Origin: Octopus sinensis
Taxonomy: Eukaryota
Direction of reading: 5' to 3'
Assembly: GCF_006345805.1 (NCBI RefSeq)
Contig: NC_043014.1
Coordinates: 53,444,001-53,508,000, forward strand
Length of the DNA stretch: 64,000 nt
This document shows, piece by piece, positions 34,299 through 46,969 of the stretch. Numbering within the stretch: the first letter of the stretch is position 1; each line of letters opens with the position of its first letter. Both the position numbers and the translations under genes were made by a program. Below the pieces are notes generated by a model, which was not told where the DNA came from, did not search any database, and saw nothing but the letters and a program-made list of their open reading frames with translations.

Positions 34299-34912
34299 AG
34301 GGAAACAATAGGAGTGTCTTCATACTTCCTTCTTTTTACTCACTAAAATTTAGGCTGCAAAAACAATTATTCTCATTTTCCTTTCGCTGTCTTCAGTTGG
34401 TTCCATGGCATTTGCTAACCAGACCCAACAATTCTTAGTTGGTTTCTCTTCATGATTCCATACAAAGACCTGTCTTGTGAGATTTGTGTATTCACAATCT
34501 AACCAAAATTCCTTCTCTTTATCTCTTGTTCAGCATGTGGCTGATGGCTCCTAAGCTAGAAATCCATGTTGTCAATCTTGTTTGGCCAATGGATTAGAGG
34601 GAATTCTTCTGAGGCAGATGTTTATGAAGATCTCCACTTTCCGAAGTGCGGTCTTGTTAATATCAAAAAACATTACACTTTTTCACTTCTCTCAGAAAAT
34701 CAATTGAGCAGTTTTATTTTTCTTCTACTAATTTTTATGGATTAACTTTTACCAAGACAGACACTTACATGCAACCTTTAAATCTAACCCCCAAACCCCA
34801 ACGCAAAAAAAAAACAAATAATTAAAAAAATTTTTAACTTAAAAAGAACATTCCATTACTGACTGGTGCTGCTGCTAATATAAACAACCTCAAGAATGAA
34901 GGAATTCTTGAG

Positions 34913-35264
34913 AGGAATGGCTGTGTGGGAAGAAGCTTGCTTCCCAACCACATGGTTCCAGGTTCAGTCCCACTGTGTGGCATCTTGGCCAAGTATCTTC
35001 TACTGTAGCCTCGGGCTAACTAAAGTCTTATGAATGGATTTGGTAGACAGAAACTGAAAGAAGCCCATCGTGTGTGTGTGTATTTGTACCCCCACCATCA
35101 ACTGATGTTGGTGTGTTTATGTCCCCGTAGCTTAGTGGTTCGGCAAAAGAGACTGATAGAATAAGTACTAGGCTTACAAAGAGTAAGTCCTGGGGTCGAT
35201 TTGATTCAACTAAAGACGGTGCTCCAACATGGCAGCAGTCAAATGATTAAAACAAATAAAAGAG
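34913..35264 (+). mobile_element. Well-preserved tRNA-SINE, head B with alternative tail
   Basis: TGGCTGTGTGG (A box), GGTTCAGTCCC (B box), cttggccaagtatcttc (CORE-like), (GT)n, then ccccgtagcttagtggttcggcaaaagagac...ctggggtcgattt...gtgctccaacatggcagcagtcaaatga. Further copies at about 50687-51022 (+), 18455-18720 (-), 3245-3480 (+) and 40495-40600 (+, tail only). Confidence 0.85.
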
Positions 35265-36398
35265 TATATGTGCACACACACACCATGTTTCTGCCAACTG
35301 AATTCCACTCATAAAACATCAGCCAATCTAAGGGTTCAGTGAGAGACACCTGTCTAAGATGCCATGCAGTGAAGTTGAACCCAAAACCACACAAATGCAA
35401 AGTGAATTTCCTATTCACACAACTAGGCCTGCAGCTGCACACACAATCATCGTGGACATTTTTACTTCTGCTTTTCTTTGTAGGCATGGATCAGAGAACT
35501 CTTTATGACAGCCAGACGCCTTTCCTGATGTCAACCTGTTTAGTCACTTCTTACAACTTGTAGGGATACAGTGGACCTATTCTCAAAACCAGAATACATG
35601 CCATCATCATCATTTAGCGTCTATTTTTCCATGCTTGCATGGGTTAGACAGAATTTGTTGACAAAGATTTTCTATGCCCTTCTTGTGGCAAACTGTCTCC
35701 TGTCTCCAAGCAAGGAAATAATTTTCCCATGCCTAAACGAACTTTCCACGGAAGACCAGAAACAAACAACATCCTATATATGAGGAAGCTCATCCAAACT
35801 GACAAAAATATGATGGGTGTCTGTTTTTTCCTGACTTACGGATTCTTATATGACTATACAACGAACAAACAAAAGAAAGAAAAAGATAGATAGATAGATA
35901 TACATACACATGCATTTTTTTAATGTGAGTCAGAAAATGATCGTATTTTGGAAAATACAAATGTTTTTAATGCATCATGTCATACATGTGTATTACTGTG
36001 TGGGGAAAGTGCAATAGGCCCAGAGTCACACCCACCTCTTTAAAACTGTTTCTCTCATGTGTGTGTGTGCACAAACCATTAGAAAATTTTTTTTAAGTTG
36101 AAAAACCCTTGTAAGGCAAGTGAGGGCCTTTGGGTTTTATGTTGAGCATGTGAACTATAGTTTGTATTGCACAGGTCAATTTATGCATTCAGCATGGGAT
36201 ACAATGGAAGATTCCAAAAACTACAGCAGGTCAGGTCAGGTCATAATAGTGATCGACTGATAGAAATGCAAGTCAGAGAGTGCAGTCTACATGTAAGAAC
36301 ATACAGAAAAAGGAAAGGACACATGCATATAATGTATATTACACACACACACAACCACATTTATATACATGGCAACTAAACATCATCCATTCTTCCAG

Positions 36399-36436
<38 letters not shown>

Positions 36437-36704
36437 CCGTGTATGTATGTATGTATGTATGCGTTAACATCATTTAATAGACATAGACAGGGTAGACAGA
36501 TGATTGTGCAGTTTAGAATTTTGGTTTGGAACTACATTTGAAGAATCATTGCAACTGTGTGGGCAATGTCAGCTTGTGTCTTCTGCTATAACCGTAGATG
36601 TCTTGTGAGTGAAAAAATTTGGTAGATGAAAATGGGAAGAACCCCGTCATGTACATGAGAGAGAGAGGGAGGGAGGGAAGAGAGAGTGCAAAATTTCCTT
36701 TATG

Positions 36705-37122
36705 TGGTACCGAACGTGGCCGTAGCCAGTACCGCATCGACTGGCCTCTGTGCTGTGGGCACGTAACAAACACCATCCGATCATGGCCGTGCCAGCCTCG
36801 CCTGGCCTCCGTGCCGGTGGCACGTAAAAAGCACCATCCGAGCGTGGCCGTTCGCCAGCCTCGTCTGGCACCTGTGTCGGTGGCACAAAAAAACACCATC
36901 CATTCGTGGCCGTTTGCCAGCTCTGTCTAGCACCTGTGTCGGTGGCACATAAAAAGCACCCACTACACTCACGGAGTGGTTGGCGTTAGGAAGGGCATCC
37001 AGCTGTAGAAACTCTGCCAGATCTGACTGGCCTAGTGCAGCCTTCTGGCTTCCCAGACCCCAGTTGAACTGTCCAACCCATGCTAGCATGGAAAGCGGAC
37101 GTTAAACGATGATGATGATGAT
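36705..37122 (+). mobile_element. RTE LINE 3' end with four CpG-rich ~60-bp internal tandem repeats
   Basis: Units of ...gtggcacgtaaaaagcaccatccgagcgtggccgtt.gccagcctcgtctggcacctgtgtcg, then cactacactcacggagtggttggcgttagg...cccatgctagcatggaaagcggacgttaaacgatgatgatg. Confidence 0.88.
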
Positions 37123-38499
37123 TATGAAAACAGTCACCAGTTCTACAAACTCTGTTATTTGTTTACAATCACCTGTGAAAGCATATATAGGTTGCTTTCT
37201 GTTTGTTTGCTTAGGGAAAATATTACCTTGCTTGGAAATAGGTAAAAATTTAGCAAAAGTGGCAAATGGCCAACAAAAAAAAAAAAGTCTAACTTATAAG
37301 CATGGAAAAGTGGACATTTAACGAAACAATTTTCCAACAATATTTCCCCATATTTCATTAAATCATTTTAATACTGCGTTAAATTTCATAAATTACATTA
37401 TGAAATTTTTATATAATTTTAAAAAGTTTTCTAAATCCTAAATGATTAATATTTTAAAACAATCCCATAACTGTTTTGTTTTTTCTTTTTTTTTTAAACA
37501 GCATTTAAGTTTATAGAGGGTTTTTAAAAATCCTTGCTTAAAACATTAGCTTTGTGATGACACATTCTAGAAGTATATAATGTCATTATCAAAACTGAAG
37601 TGATTTTCTAGAAAATTTTTTTAAAAAACTCTGACTTAACAATCATGCCCTTATGAAGTTAACATCAGAAAAGTTCAAAGGTCACCTTATATGAAAAAAA
37701 GTAAATAAAAATACATCTATTTATTTATTTATTTAGAACACTCATCTGCTTCAAAACATTTACCAATTTGCTTCAGTGATTAGGAAAGTCTTTATTTTTT
37801 TTATATTCTCTATTATAATTTATTTTTTTTATTACACCAGTTTCCTCAAACCTTACCCTATAAGTTAGAGCCTATTAATATGGTACCTCAAGACTGTTCT
37901 GTATACTAGATACACAAAGTTTCACTTATAGAAAAACTACTGTTACCTGAAATTATCTTTGCCATTAAAAGACAACTCTCCCTTAAGAGTGTTTTTAAAA
38001 TCTAACAAGATTACTCAGTGTCAGATAATCCAAATGTTTTGAGAAAGTCAATGAGGTCAGAAGTGGATTTTGGCCTTAAGGGTTAACTGGCGAAAACAAT
38101 GGAAACGTTCACCTTTCCATGGCTCAGATGGAATTTATTGGGCAGATGCTCTTCCTGCTGCCAACCTTTACCTGTTTCCAAGCAAGGGAATATTTTTCCA
38201 GGTTTTGGCAAAATATTGGAAATGGATGACATTCATTTACAACAATCACATGATGTCAAGACTCAAGACAAGGCCACACACACACAATATGCAGTACAGC
38301 AAGTTGAAAAGTTCCACAAACTGAGATTATGCAAAATAGTTCTCTAAGTTAAGCAATTAACACCATTCTCCAATAAAGTACTCAATACATATAACATTGA
38401 ATGAATTTCTTTTTCTCTGACTACTCTGCTAGGAGATGAATAACATCAAAGGTTGAGTGTCACAATTACAACTCCACCCTGCTTGCTCCATGGGGCTGG

Positions 38500-38860
38500 G
38501 ATCATCCCAGGTTAGCCATCATGCATAAAGCCAATCAGGTTCACCAATGCTCCCCATCTCTAGCGGCCCCGTACCAGCCTCTCTGCATCCTCCAAAGTGA
38601 TGTCGGGCCTCTGAAGGTCTTCCTTAATCACATCCAGCCACCTGGTGCAGGGCCTGCCACGAGACCTCTTCCAGCCCACAACTGCTGCATCAAATGAGAG
38701 TAGAGCCCTGGTGAATGGTGTAGCAGGAGATGGAGGACATGTCCATACCAGCACACGTGACGGATGCTATGAGGTGGGAGGCTGCAGGTTGATGTGTGCG
38801 CACATACAGTTCTTTGTTGGAAACATGGTGTCTTCAATGGTTCTCAGGGCTCTGTTATTG
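38500..38860 (-). mobile_element. RTE-clade LINE ORF2 C-terminal relic (family distinct from the 13 kb copy)
   Basis: Across a frameshift: WYGHVLHL / TRALLSFDAAVVGWKRSRGRPCTRWLDVIKEDLQRPDITLEDAERLVRGR*RWGALVNLIG. Confidence 0.8.
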
Positions 38861-38999
38861 GAGTTGTCAATCTTTTCTTTGCCAGGATCTTTGAGAAAGG
38901 CCACATTTCTACTCCATAGAGGAGAATGGAGAGGACAGACATCCCTTATTAACTGCATTCTAACAATATACTCAGTTGTTTTACTTAGCCAACCATTTT

Positions 39000-39945
39000 A
39001 TCATCATCATCATCACGCTCATCATTTAACGTCTGTTGTCCATGCTGGCATGGGTTGGATGGTTCGACCAGTCTGGTAGGCTGGAAGGTTGCCCCAGTCT
39101 GATTCCTATGGCTGGATGCCTTCTCTAACGCCAATTACTCCAAGTGTGTGATGGATGCCATTTGTGTGACACCAGTATCTGCCATGACTGTGATATTGCT
39201 CAGCTTGATGGGTCCTCTTCTCAAGTGTGACATAATGCCAAAGGTCTTGGTTATTATCTTCAGCCACTTTGCTTCCGTGAGGCCCATCGCTCCAGAGGAA
39301 CTCAGCCACTTTGCTTCCATGAGGCCCATCGCTCCAGAGGAACTCAGCCACTTTGCCTCTGTGAGGCCCATCGCTCCAGAGGAACTCAGCCACTTTGCCT
39401 CTGTGAGGCCCATCGCTCCAGAGGAACTCAGCCACTTTGCTTCCATGAGGCCCATCGCTCCAGAGGAACTCAGCCACTTTGCCTCCGCGAGGCCCATCGC
39501 TCCAGAGGAACTCAGCCACTTTGCCTCCGCGAGGCCCATCGCTCCAGAGGAACTCAGCCACTTTGCCTCCGCGAGGCCCATCGCTCCAGAGGAACTCAGC
39601 CACTTTGCCTCCGCGAGGCCCATCGCTCCAGAGGAACTCAGCCACTTTGCCTCTGTGAGGCCCATCGCTCCAGAGGAACTCAGCCACTTTGCCTCTGTGA
39701 GGCCCATCGCTCCAGAGGAACTCAGCCACTTTGTCTCCATGAAGCCCATCGCTCCAGAGGAACTCAGCCACTGTGCCTCCGTGAGACCCAATGCTCCAAC
39801 AGTGCTCTTTATGTGCCACTGCATTGTGTGCCACTTACATGACACCAACATCAGCCATGACTACGATTTGACTTGGCTTAATGGGTCTTTTCAAGCACAA
39901 TATATCACCAAATGTCTCAGTTTCTAGTCGTTGCCTTTGTGAGGT
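39000..39945 (-). mobile_element. RTE 3'-end derivative with duplicated ORF-end/3'UTR segment, hosting the 42-bp array
   Basis: (ATC)n tail at 39000 and the common terminus. DLWHYVTLEKRTHQA resembles the RTE end DLWKYAVREKTWQAK. A second ORF-end copy lies at about 39850-39945. Confidence 0.75.
39261..39798. repeat. 42-bp minisatellite (VNTR), 12 full units plus 1 partial
   Basis: Unit cagccactttgcctccgtgaggcccatcgctccagaggaact at 39261, 39303 ... 39723, partial at 39765. There are no spacers, so it is not CRISPR. Confidence 0.97.
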
Positions 39946-41394
39946 TAAAAAATAAGGAGACCAATGTTGTTGTTGTTGTTAATAATTCTTTCTGTTATCT
40001 AAGCAGAAGGTGTCTGTGGACAGAAATGAAAAGCAACCGAGATTTTTGGGGGCCTTTAACACACACACACACACCCTCTACATTTCCTATTCTAAACTGG
40101 TTTCACTCATTACTGAAACATCTTCTTCAAGAGTTCTTCTTCTCATAAGGACTCCAGTATTAGTCCTTATTTTATCAATTTCTATTTGTTGGATCACTAA
40201 ATAACAAGACAAAAAGGGATACAGAATAAACAATAGGGGATTCTAGACTTAACATGAACCCACATATTATCATGCCATTACTAGGGTATCAAAAAGGTTA
40301 GGGTATGGGGTCCAGCTCTGTTCAATATCACACATTCTAGCAAAACTGGGAGTTACATGCAAAACAAAATACAATATCCAAAAACAGTTATACACACATT
40401 CAGAGAAGAACTATACACAGACACTCAAGGAATGCAGAAACAAAATTTGGTTTCCTATATTACTGACTCCTGAAATAAGTAATACTCCAAAATATAAAGA
40501 ATAAGTACCAGGTTTGAAAACCTAAGTCCTGGGGTTGATTTGTTCGATCAATGCAGTGCTCCAGCATGGCCACAGTCCAATGACTGAAACAATTCAAAGA
40601 TATACGTGAAGACAAATTTCTGTTTATTTTGATTTAACGAAACCGAATGGAAGACCAGGGGTTTTCCATCAGATAGAAATGCAAAGTTGCTCATAGTTGT
40701 TAGGAAAAGAGAATTTTGATGTTAGATGTCGACAGAGGATTGATGGCTTCCACTCATAACTCATAGCAGAAACCATAGCCAAGGTATTTATGCTCCCACT
40801 TTTGAACTGGATCACAGAGATATATGTTGTCATTTAAGCCCTAGGCTGGTCCTGACTGAGCAAACCTTCATCAAAAGCATCCCGTTTTTATTAGTTTTAT
40901 AAAAAGACTTCATTCTCCAATGAATCCTTTTTCTCCCGCTAAGACTGGTATAGTGCGATTTGAAGCCCATATATTTAGCTACTATTTCTAGCAATCTGAG
41001 TGACCACACCGAAGCTAAGAGAATTAAGTTCCTTTGTTAGGGAACAGACAGAGTACAGTAACTGGCGACTGGATACAAATCAACAGCTCTTCAGTCGGTG
41101 AGACCAGATCCTGACAAAGAAACCAGTCAACTGTGACACGAAATAAATGAATAATGGATTAAACAAAAAAGAAAGAAAAAATTTAAAAATACTGGATATT
41201 AAAAAGTAAATATTTAAAAAAATATAAAAATCTCAGTTAATGCATTGCATTCACTTTACAGCCTTGTAGTGTGAAGATGGCCACTATGGAAGCAGCTATG
41301 AATAAATGATGCTATGCTTCATCAAGTCTATTTATAAATACAACTCTCAGAGGCAATTCACAGCAAGGGGTGGGATGCAAGGATTGCGGTGATA

Positions 41395-41635
41395 ACTAGA
41401 GTGGTTTTGATTTAGCTCAGCCCTGATACAGCAAACCTATGATCAAAGGCATTCTAACCATGACCACCCAGCCTGAATATGGGGTGTTTAAGACTACATT
41501 ATCTAATTTCTCCTTTTTCCTCTCTTCTCCAGACAATGTATCGGTTTAAGATACGGAAGCATGATTCTAAAGGAAATTTGGCTGCTACTTTTAGCAAATT
41601 GATCAGCCATGTAGCAGCTCCCTCGCTGTTGAACA
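41395..41635 (+). repeat. Representative copy of an unclassified ~250-bp interspersed repeat (D family, at least 18 copies in window)
   Basis: ccctgat..agca.acctatgatcaaaggcatt.ca.ccatgacca...gactacattatc...gaaatttggctgcta.tt.tagca. Core also at about 5205, 10545, 19680, 25560, 28985, 40975, 42265, 44745, 45835, 49660, 51740, 55355, 56820 (+) and 85, 30420, 33650, 47760 (-). Confidence 0.7.
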
Positions 41636-42734
41636 TTAATGTTATCATCATTTTACAGTATAGTAAACTATTGAATACTGTGAGATAAATGATATCAAAG
41701 CAGTTTATGACTTACTCTAGTCTGTGAGGGAAACAGAAGAAGTCACCTTGACACACAACTAATGATATCATTAAACATGCCATCGTTAATATATCGCGGT
41801 TAGGGTGCGGGTTAATGTTTGGAAGAAACACACGGCCAGCACAAGCATTAATATTTATGACAGGAAAGGAAAACAACTGGGAAAAAAACAAAAAACAAAT
41901 AAGGACATTATATCCACACACACACACTCTGTGTGTGTGTGTGTGTGTGTGTATGTGTGTGTATGTGTGTGTGTGTGTGTGTGTGTATGTGTGTGTGTGT
42001 GTGTGTGTGAGGCTGTAAGGTTAAGAGCTGTGCTTAGCAGTAACCACACAATTCAAGATTCAGGCTTACCCCTTGGCCTCATGAGCTGTCTTCTATTGTA
42101 AGTCTTGGAGTCACCAATAAATTGGGAGTGGAATTTGGCCAACAGAAATTATGTAGAAGCCCATCATATATGTGTGTATGCATTTGTAGCGATAGTGTAC
42201 CTAGGACTACACAGTTCAATGTTTCCCAATTTAATTCAGGAGAATATGTCTTATATGGAAGAACTCTGGCTGCTATTTTCTAGCAAGGTCCTCCTTTAAT
42301 GATTACCACTGTTCACTCCTGGGGCCTCAAACGATTGGAATCTGATTGCCATGCTTTGTGTTCACATTTTCTAGAGAATCATTTGCTTAGCCCCAGGTCG
42401 GTGGTCCTCACTGAGTAGACCGATTATCAAAGACAGCCAGAATCATTCCATCCAATGTGAGTGTCCTTCTGCTAAATGTAAGTAGAATGTAATTTTAAAG
42501 AGATTTAGTTACTAATTCTAGCAACTCAATTGACCATGTAATGGACATTAGTTGAACTGGCCACATGTGAAAGAAATACAATTAGAAACTTCAAGCTTTT
42601 TTTTTTTTAGTGAACCAGTTCACCTGGAATTTTCCAAACTCTGCAGGGGTGATTTGAAATATTTACTGAATTTATTAACAACTATTTAGAAACTTATGTG
42701 TGTGTGCATGTGTATCATCATTATTATCATTATC

Positions 42735-42990
42735 ATCATGCCGGTGGCAGGTGTAAAAAGATTCGAGCGAGGTCATTGCCAGTACCGCCAGACTGGCCTC
42801 CATGCCGGTGGCGCATAAAAAGCACCCACTACACTCTCGGAGTGGTTGGCGTTAGGAGGGGTATCCAGCTATAGAAACTCTACCAGAACAAGATTGAAGC
42901 CTGGTGCAGCCATCTGGTTCACCAGGCCTCAGTCAAAACCGTCCAACCCATGCTAGCATGGAAAGCGGACGTTAAACAATGATGATGATG
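42735..42990 (+). mobile_element. RTE LINE 3' end
   Basis: gcacccactacactctcggagtggttggcgttagg...cccatgctagcatggaaagcggacgttaaacaatgatgatgatg. Confidence 0.88.
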
Positions 42991-42991
42991 A

Positions 42992-43210
42992 AGGCAGCAA
43001 GCTGGCAGAATCCTTAGCATGCCGGGATAAATGCTTAGCAGCATTTCATCGGTCTTTATGTTCTGAGTTCAAATTCCACCAAGGTCAACTTTGCCTTTCA
43101 TACTTTAGGGATTGATAAAATAAGTACCAGTTGAGCACTGGGGTTGATGTAATCGACCTTTCCCCCCTTCCCCAAAATTTCAGACCTTGAGCCTATAATA
43201 GAAAGGATTA
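42992..43210 (+). mobile_element. Well-preserved type-C tRNA-SINE directly after the RTE (GAT)n tail
   Basis: TGGCAGAATCC (A box), GAGTTCAAATTCC (B box), central gcctttcatactttagggattgataaaataagtaccag (resembles the recalled MetaSINE-type central domain, unverified), end ccttgagcctataatagaaaggattat. Confidence 0.85.
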
Positions 43211-43499
43211 TCATCATCATCATCATCATCATTGTTTTTAGCAATAACATCAATGGTCAAAATGCTTTTTAAAACCAAGTGTGGCCTGCTTAAGGAAGGG
43301 AAAAGGGGACGATTGCTCCATGTAGCTATCGCTTGCTGGAGGATCACAACACAAAATGGGTTTAACACAAACATCCTAAATACCACATGCCAAATCTGCA
43401 CCTACTCCATGATCACAGATCTCAAAAACATCCTTCAAAGAGGTAAATGCTAAACTTACCACTTCTAGCAACAACAAATAAAACCACCACTAGCACTTA

Positions 43500-44095
43500 C
43501 TTGCTTTCTTAAACCTGCACAGAACACAGCCAGAGCCCTCACAATCCTGCTGGCTCTCATTATCACTGAGGATCTCTTGTGACAATTACACACACCATTA
43601 ATAGATCTAAGACCAAATTTCAATGACTGGCCCTTCTCTTCATAACCAGAAAATACTTTGGCCCTTAACAACTGTTAAACCCCAACTAACTCTGATGAAA
43701 TTCACAATGAAGTACAACATCCCCTCCTGGGACAGTGTTGCTACTACACAAACAGACAGCATAGACTGCAGCCAGAGATAGGGCACTCAACTGATGGATA
43801 AAGTCAGTCACCTGCCCCAGTTGCCTGGCCCCAGTCTCATCTCACTCTTCTATCTTTTTTCAACCCTTATTACAATGGCTTCTAATCCTTAAAACAGAAC
43901 TGGTTTTGTCTGGTGCCACCTCCACCAAGCACACTCGACTCACTCATCACCCAAGCCCCTTACACTACGCCCCACACTACATAATCCTTCCTCCCTACAA
44001 TCACAATCCTATGGAATGCCATCATTGCACATGTCTTTCCAACAATTCCTGACTTGCATTAATTCAATCCAAATCTCACCAGTCACAATGGTACT
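43500..44095 (+). mobile_element. CR1/Jockey-group LINE ORF2 C-terminal relic
   Basis: Across stops: LALLFITRKYFGP*QLL, MKYNIPSWDSV, PYYNGF, LVPPP, SFLPTITILWNAIIAHVFPTIPDLH*F, matching the CR1-type tail motif SFLP.T..LWN.LP..VFP...L..FK. Confidence 0.72.
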
Positions 44096-46515
44096 TGGAA
44101 GGCCCATGGCCACCACCGCTTCCTCCACCCACCCACACTGATACGAGGCACATTTAGCATATTGTTGTTTATGGCCCAAGAGTTAGTCATGATCAAAGCA
44201 GATTCGTGACCAATGACATCCCCATCTGTGTGATGGGTTTTACTTTAACTACTACCCAAACTGTTGTGGCCACAGAGGTTTGCTTGCTCCAATAAATCTG
44301 ACCTGAAACTTGAAACACACTCCATCCCTTCACAGATGAATGGTTTTTATGTTCCTATAAAAAGAGAGAGAGAGAGAAAATAAAAGAAAAAACCCCACCA
44401 TTCCACCCATATATGGCAAATAAATGGGTGTAAAACATTTATAATGTATATAAATTTGTGTGAGTGTGTGTTTATAATTATATACATTTACGTAATATTG
44501 ACAGAATAAGTACTCGAAACATGTCAAGTTATTAAAATTTGATGATTCATTCTGTTGCGGCTATATTACACACACACACACACACACACACGTGCATGCG
44601 TTTACTCATTAAACACAGAGCTGTAATTTAGCCCCAGGTCAGGTCTAATCTAAGATATTCCAGCACTGACAAGCCAATCATTTTATCACAGGCAGCGCCC
44701 TCCAGTGTGTCCTTCCTTACTTTAAAACTAATGACTTGAGAGAGATTTGGCTGCTATATCTAGGGAAGCGTTTGTATACACCTAATGCATTTAAAGGAGC
44801 TGAGACTATTGCAGTAACAGGAGAGGGAGAGAAGGAAAGAGTGTCGGCTCCTCTATTGAATGATTTCTAGTGCAGGCAGCTGTCCCCTCTTGAAGGGAGG
44901 GAAAGGGCTTGGGTACTGACACGGTTGGGAGTTTTCTTAAAAGTAAAATATTTAAACCACCAACTACAATTTTAAGCACATTTTGTAGAAGAAGAAAAAA
45001 TCTCTGTTGGGATTAAAATATGATTGGATCACTGTTATCGGTGAGTAGAAATAGGACTGATGATGCACCAAGCCCAATATAATTTCACTTAATAAACTCC
45101 TTCACTTCTTTAGTAATTTCCATAAACCAATTAACACAATAAAAGCATTTGTCCAGGCAAATATCTTATAAGAAAATACAAGTTGGATGGTAGAGCATAA
45201 AAACATAAATCATGAAATATTTGCGCAAAATCAGTTTCTTTTTTATTAAAATAATTTGCATAATTTCTGTTTTCTCTCCTCAGAGCATGGAAAAGGAAAG
45301 AGTGTTTATAAAATTTGGTTAAAGAATGATGCCAGGAACCCTTCCATTAAAGGCATCCAAAGACCAGGTTGTGATTGTGTTAAACCAAGTAACAGAGTGA
45401 AACTGATTTTGTTGCTGTGACTTTTTGCCTCGGGTCATACCTGATCCAGCTGTGCCATCTGTGACCATTCCATCTATTTTTTTTCAGACAGGTGTATCTA
45501 AGACTACATAATCAAATGTAATATTTTGTTTAAGACAGACGGGTGTACATTTTGAGGTATATTTAGCTGTTATATCTAACAAAGCCAGTGACCACATAAA
45601 GGTCTCCATGTTGGGAGGTGCATAATATTTCATACCAAGGTGACCTATTCTATTTCTTTTTTTCCATAAATATGAGTTTGCATAAAAAATAAATAAAACA
45701 AAAAAGAAAATATCAACAGCAGCAATTACAAATACCATTTTGACATAGGCATTTTCTTTATAAGTCTACCTTGGATTGTATAAAGTAATGTGGCAAAAAA
45801 AGGTAGGGTGTGATTTGAAGATAATGTTTTTGTTATTTATAGCAGGTCAAATGGCCACACGGAGGGCCCTGACACTGTCTTAAATAGATTGAAATATTGA
45901 TGAAATGGGGTTACACATTGGCTATCATCAGACAGAGGACTTTCTTTTGGCCAAGTTCCACAATGAATAGGTTTCTCAGAGTTACACAATTTTGGATGTC
46001 AATTCAATGTTACCACAAGGATTCGGAACAATTCTTTTGTATATTTGAAGGTCACTCTGAATTTAATATAATTTTATGAAATTACACTTAAGAAATTTTT
46101 TTATTAATTATGTAAAAAAATGAGTACATTTTATAGTGAAAACATATAAATACTGAAAAAAGAAATAAAAGAATCTAACTTTTTTAAGTATTTTTGTGAT
46201 AACTTTTAAAATGCCAAAATAAATATAACATTATATAATCATTTTTAACATAAGGTCCTCAAAAACCAAAAGTTTCCCTGCCCCCTGTTACGATGCAAAC
46301 TGTGTATTTGTACTATTTATTCTAGAATGTTCATTTGTCAACACAATTCAACAACATCATCATCATCATCATCATGGCATCAACAAATCTCTCCTGACAA
46401 TTTTATTTATTTATATTTAGTTTTTATTGACACTTGCAGATATTTTTGGAAAGAAAAATTTTAATGGAAATGACAGACATTAATAAGAATCAATCTGTCT
46501 GAAACTGGTGACGAC

Positions 46516-46548
<33 letters not shown>

Positions 46549-46945
46549 TGCCTGAAAGCATGTCTATTCCCTCCTCCTTCAACCCTGTCCTCTCTATACA
46601 AATTAATAATCCTCAATGTTATATAAGAGATTGTTCACTCAACACAAACCAATCCACTTTCACCATTGGTCCCTATCTGCAGCACCGTCATCTGGCAAGA
46701 TCCTTATCCATTTGGGGGGGATACACAAAGTTCCAAAATAAGGCTCTGAAGCCCTACTTTTTAAGTATTAAAAAAAGTAGTTAATTCCTAAGGACATATT
46801 TAAAGTTTATAAAGTTACCAAACCAATTTTATCCTTGCTTCAATAATCTACAATATCCATTGAAAACAGAGTCGATATTTGGTCCCTTGCATTTCCCACA
46901 TTATTTAAAAATTAAATAAAGGGACAGATACAGCTGTGTGCATCA

Positions 46946-46969
46946 CAACAATGCATTCTGGGATTTGAG
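46946..46969 (-). promoter_or_regulatory. ZNF143/Staf-type motif (ctcaaaTCCCAGAATGCATTG); related sites at 48113-48129 (GACTGCAATTCCCAGCA) and 19211-19222
   Basis: Resembles the established ACTACAnnTCCCAGAATGC promoter motif. A donor-like TAA|GTAAGT lies at 47066. Function is not demonstrated. Confidence 0.35.

Noticed and set aside
34913-34985. tRNA genes at SINE heads (also 42992, 2770-2841, 50687)
   Set aside because: A/B boxes are present, but there is no complete cloverleaf or acceptor stem, and each continues into a SINE body.
39261-39798. CRISPR-like array, or a 240-260-aa repeat protein gene
   Set aside because: Units are contiguous with no unique spacers and there are no cas genes. 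The context is eukaryotic. ORFs in four frames arise because the 42-bp unit lacks stops, and the unit derives from an RTE tail.
43454-43517. Minus-strand 14-nt microexon (CAG|gtttaagaaagcaa|GTAAGT) with a second donor at 43459
   Set aside because: It lies at the edge of, and antisense to, the CR1 relic, is not frame-preserving and has no partner exons. Only junction reads could rescue it.
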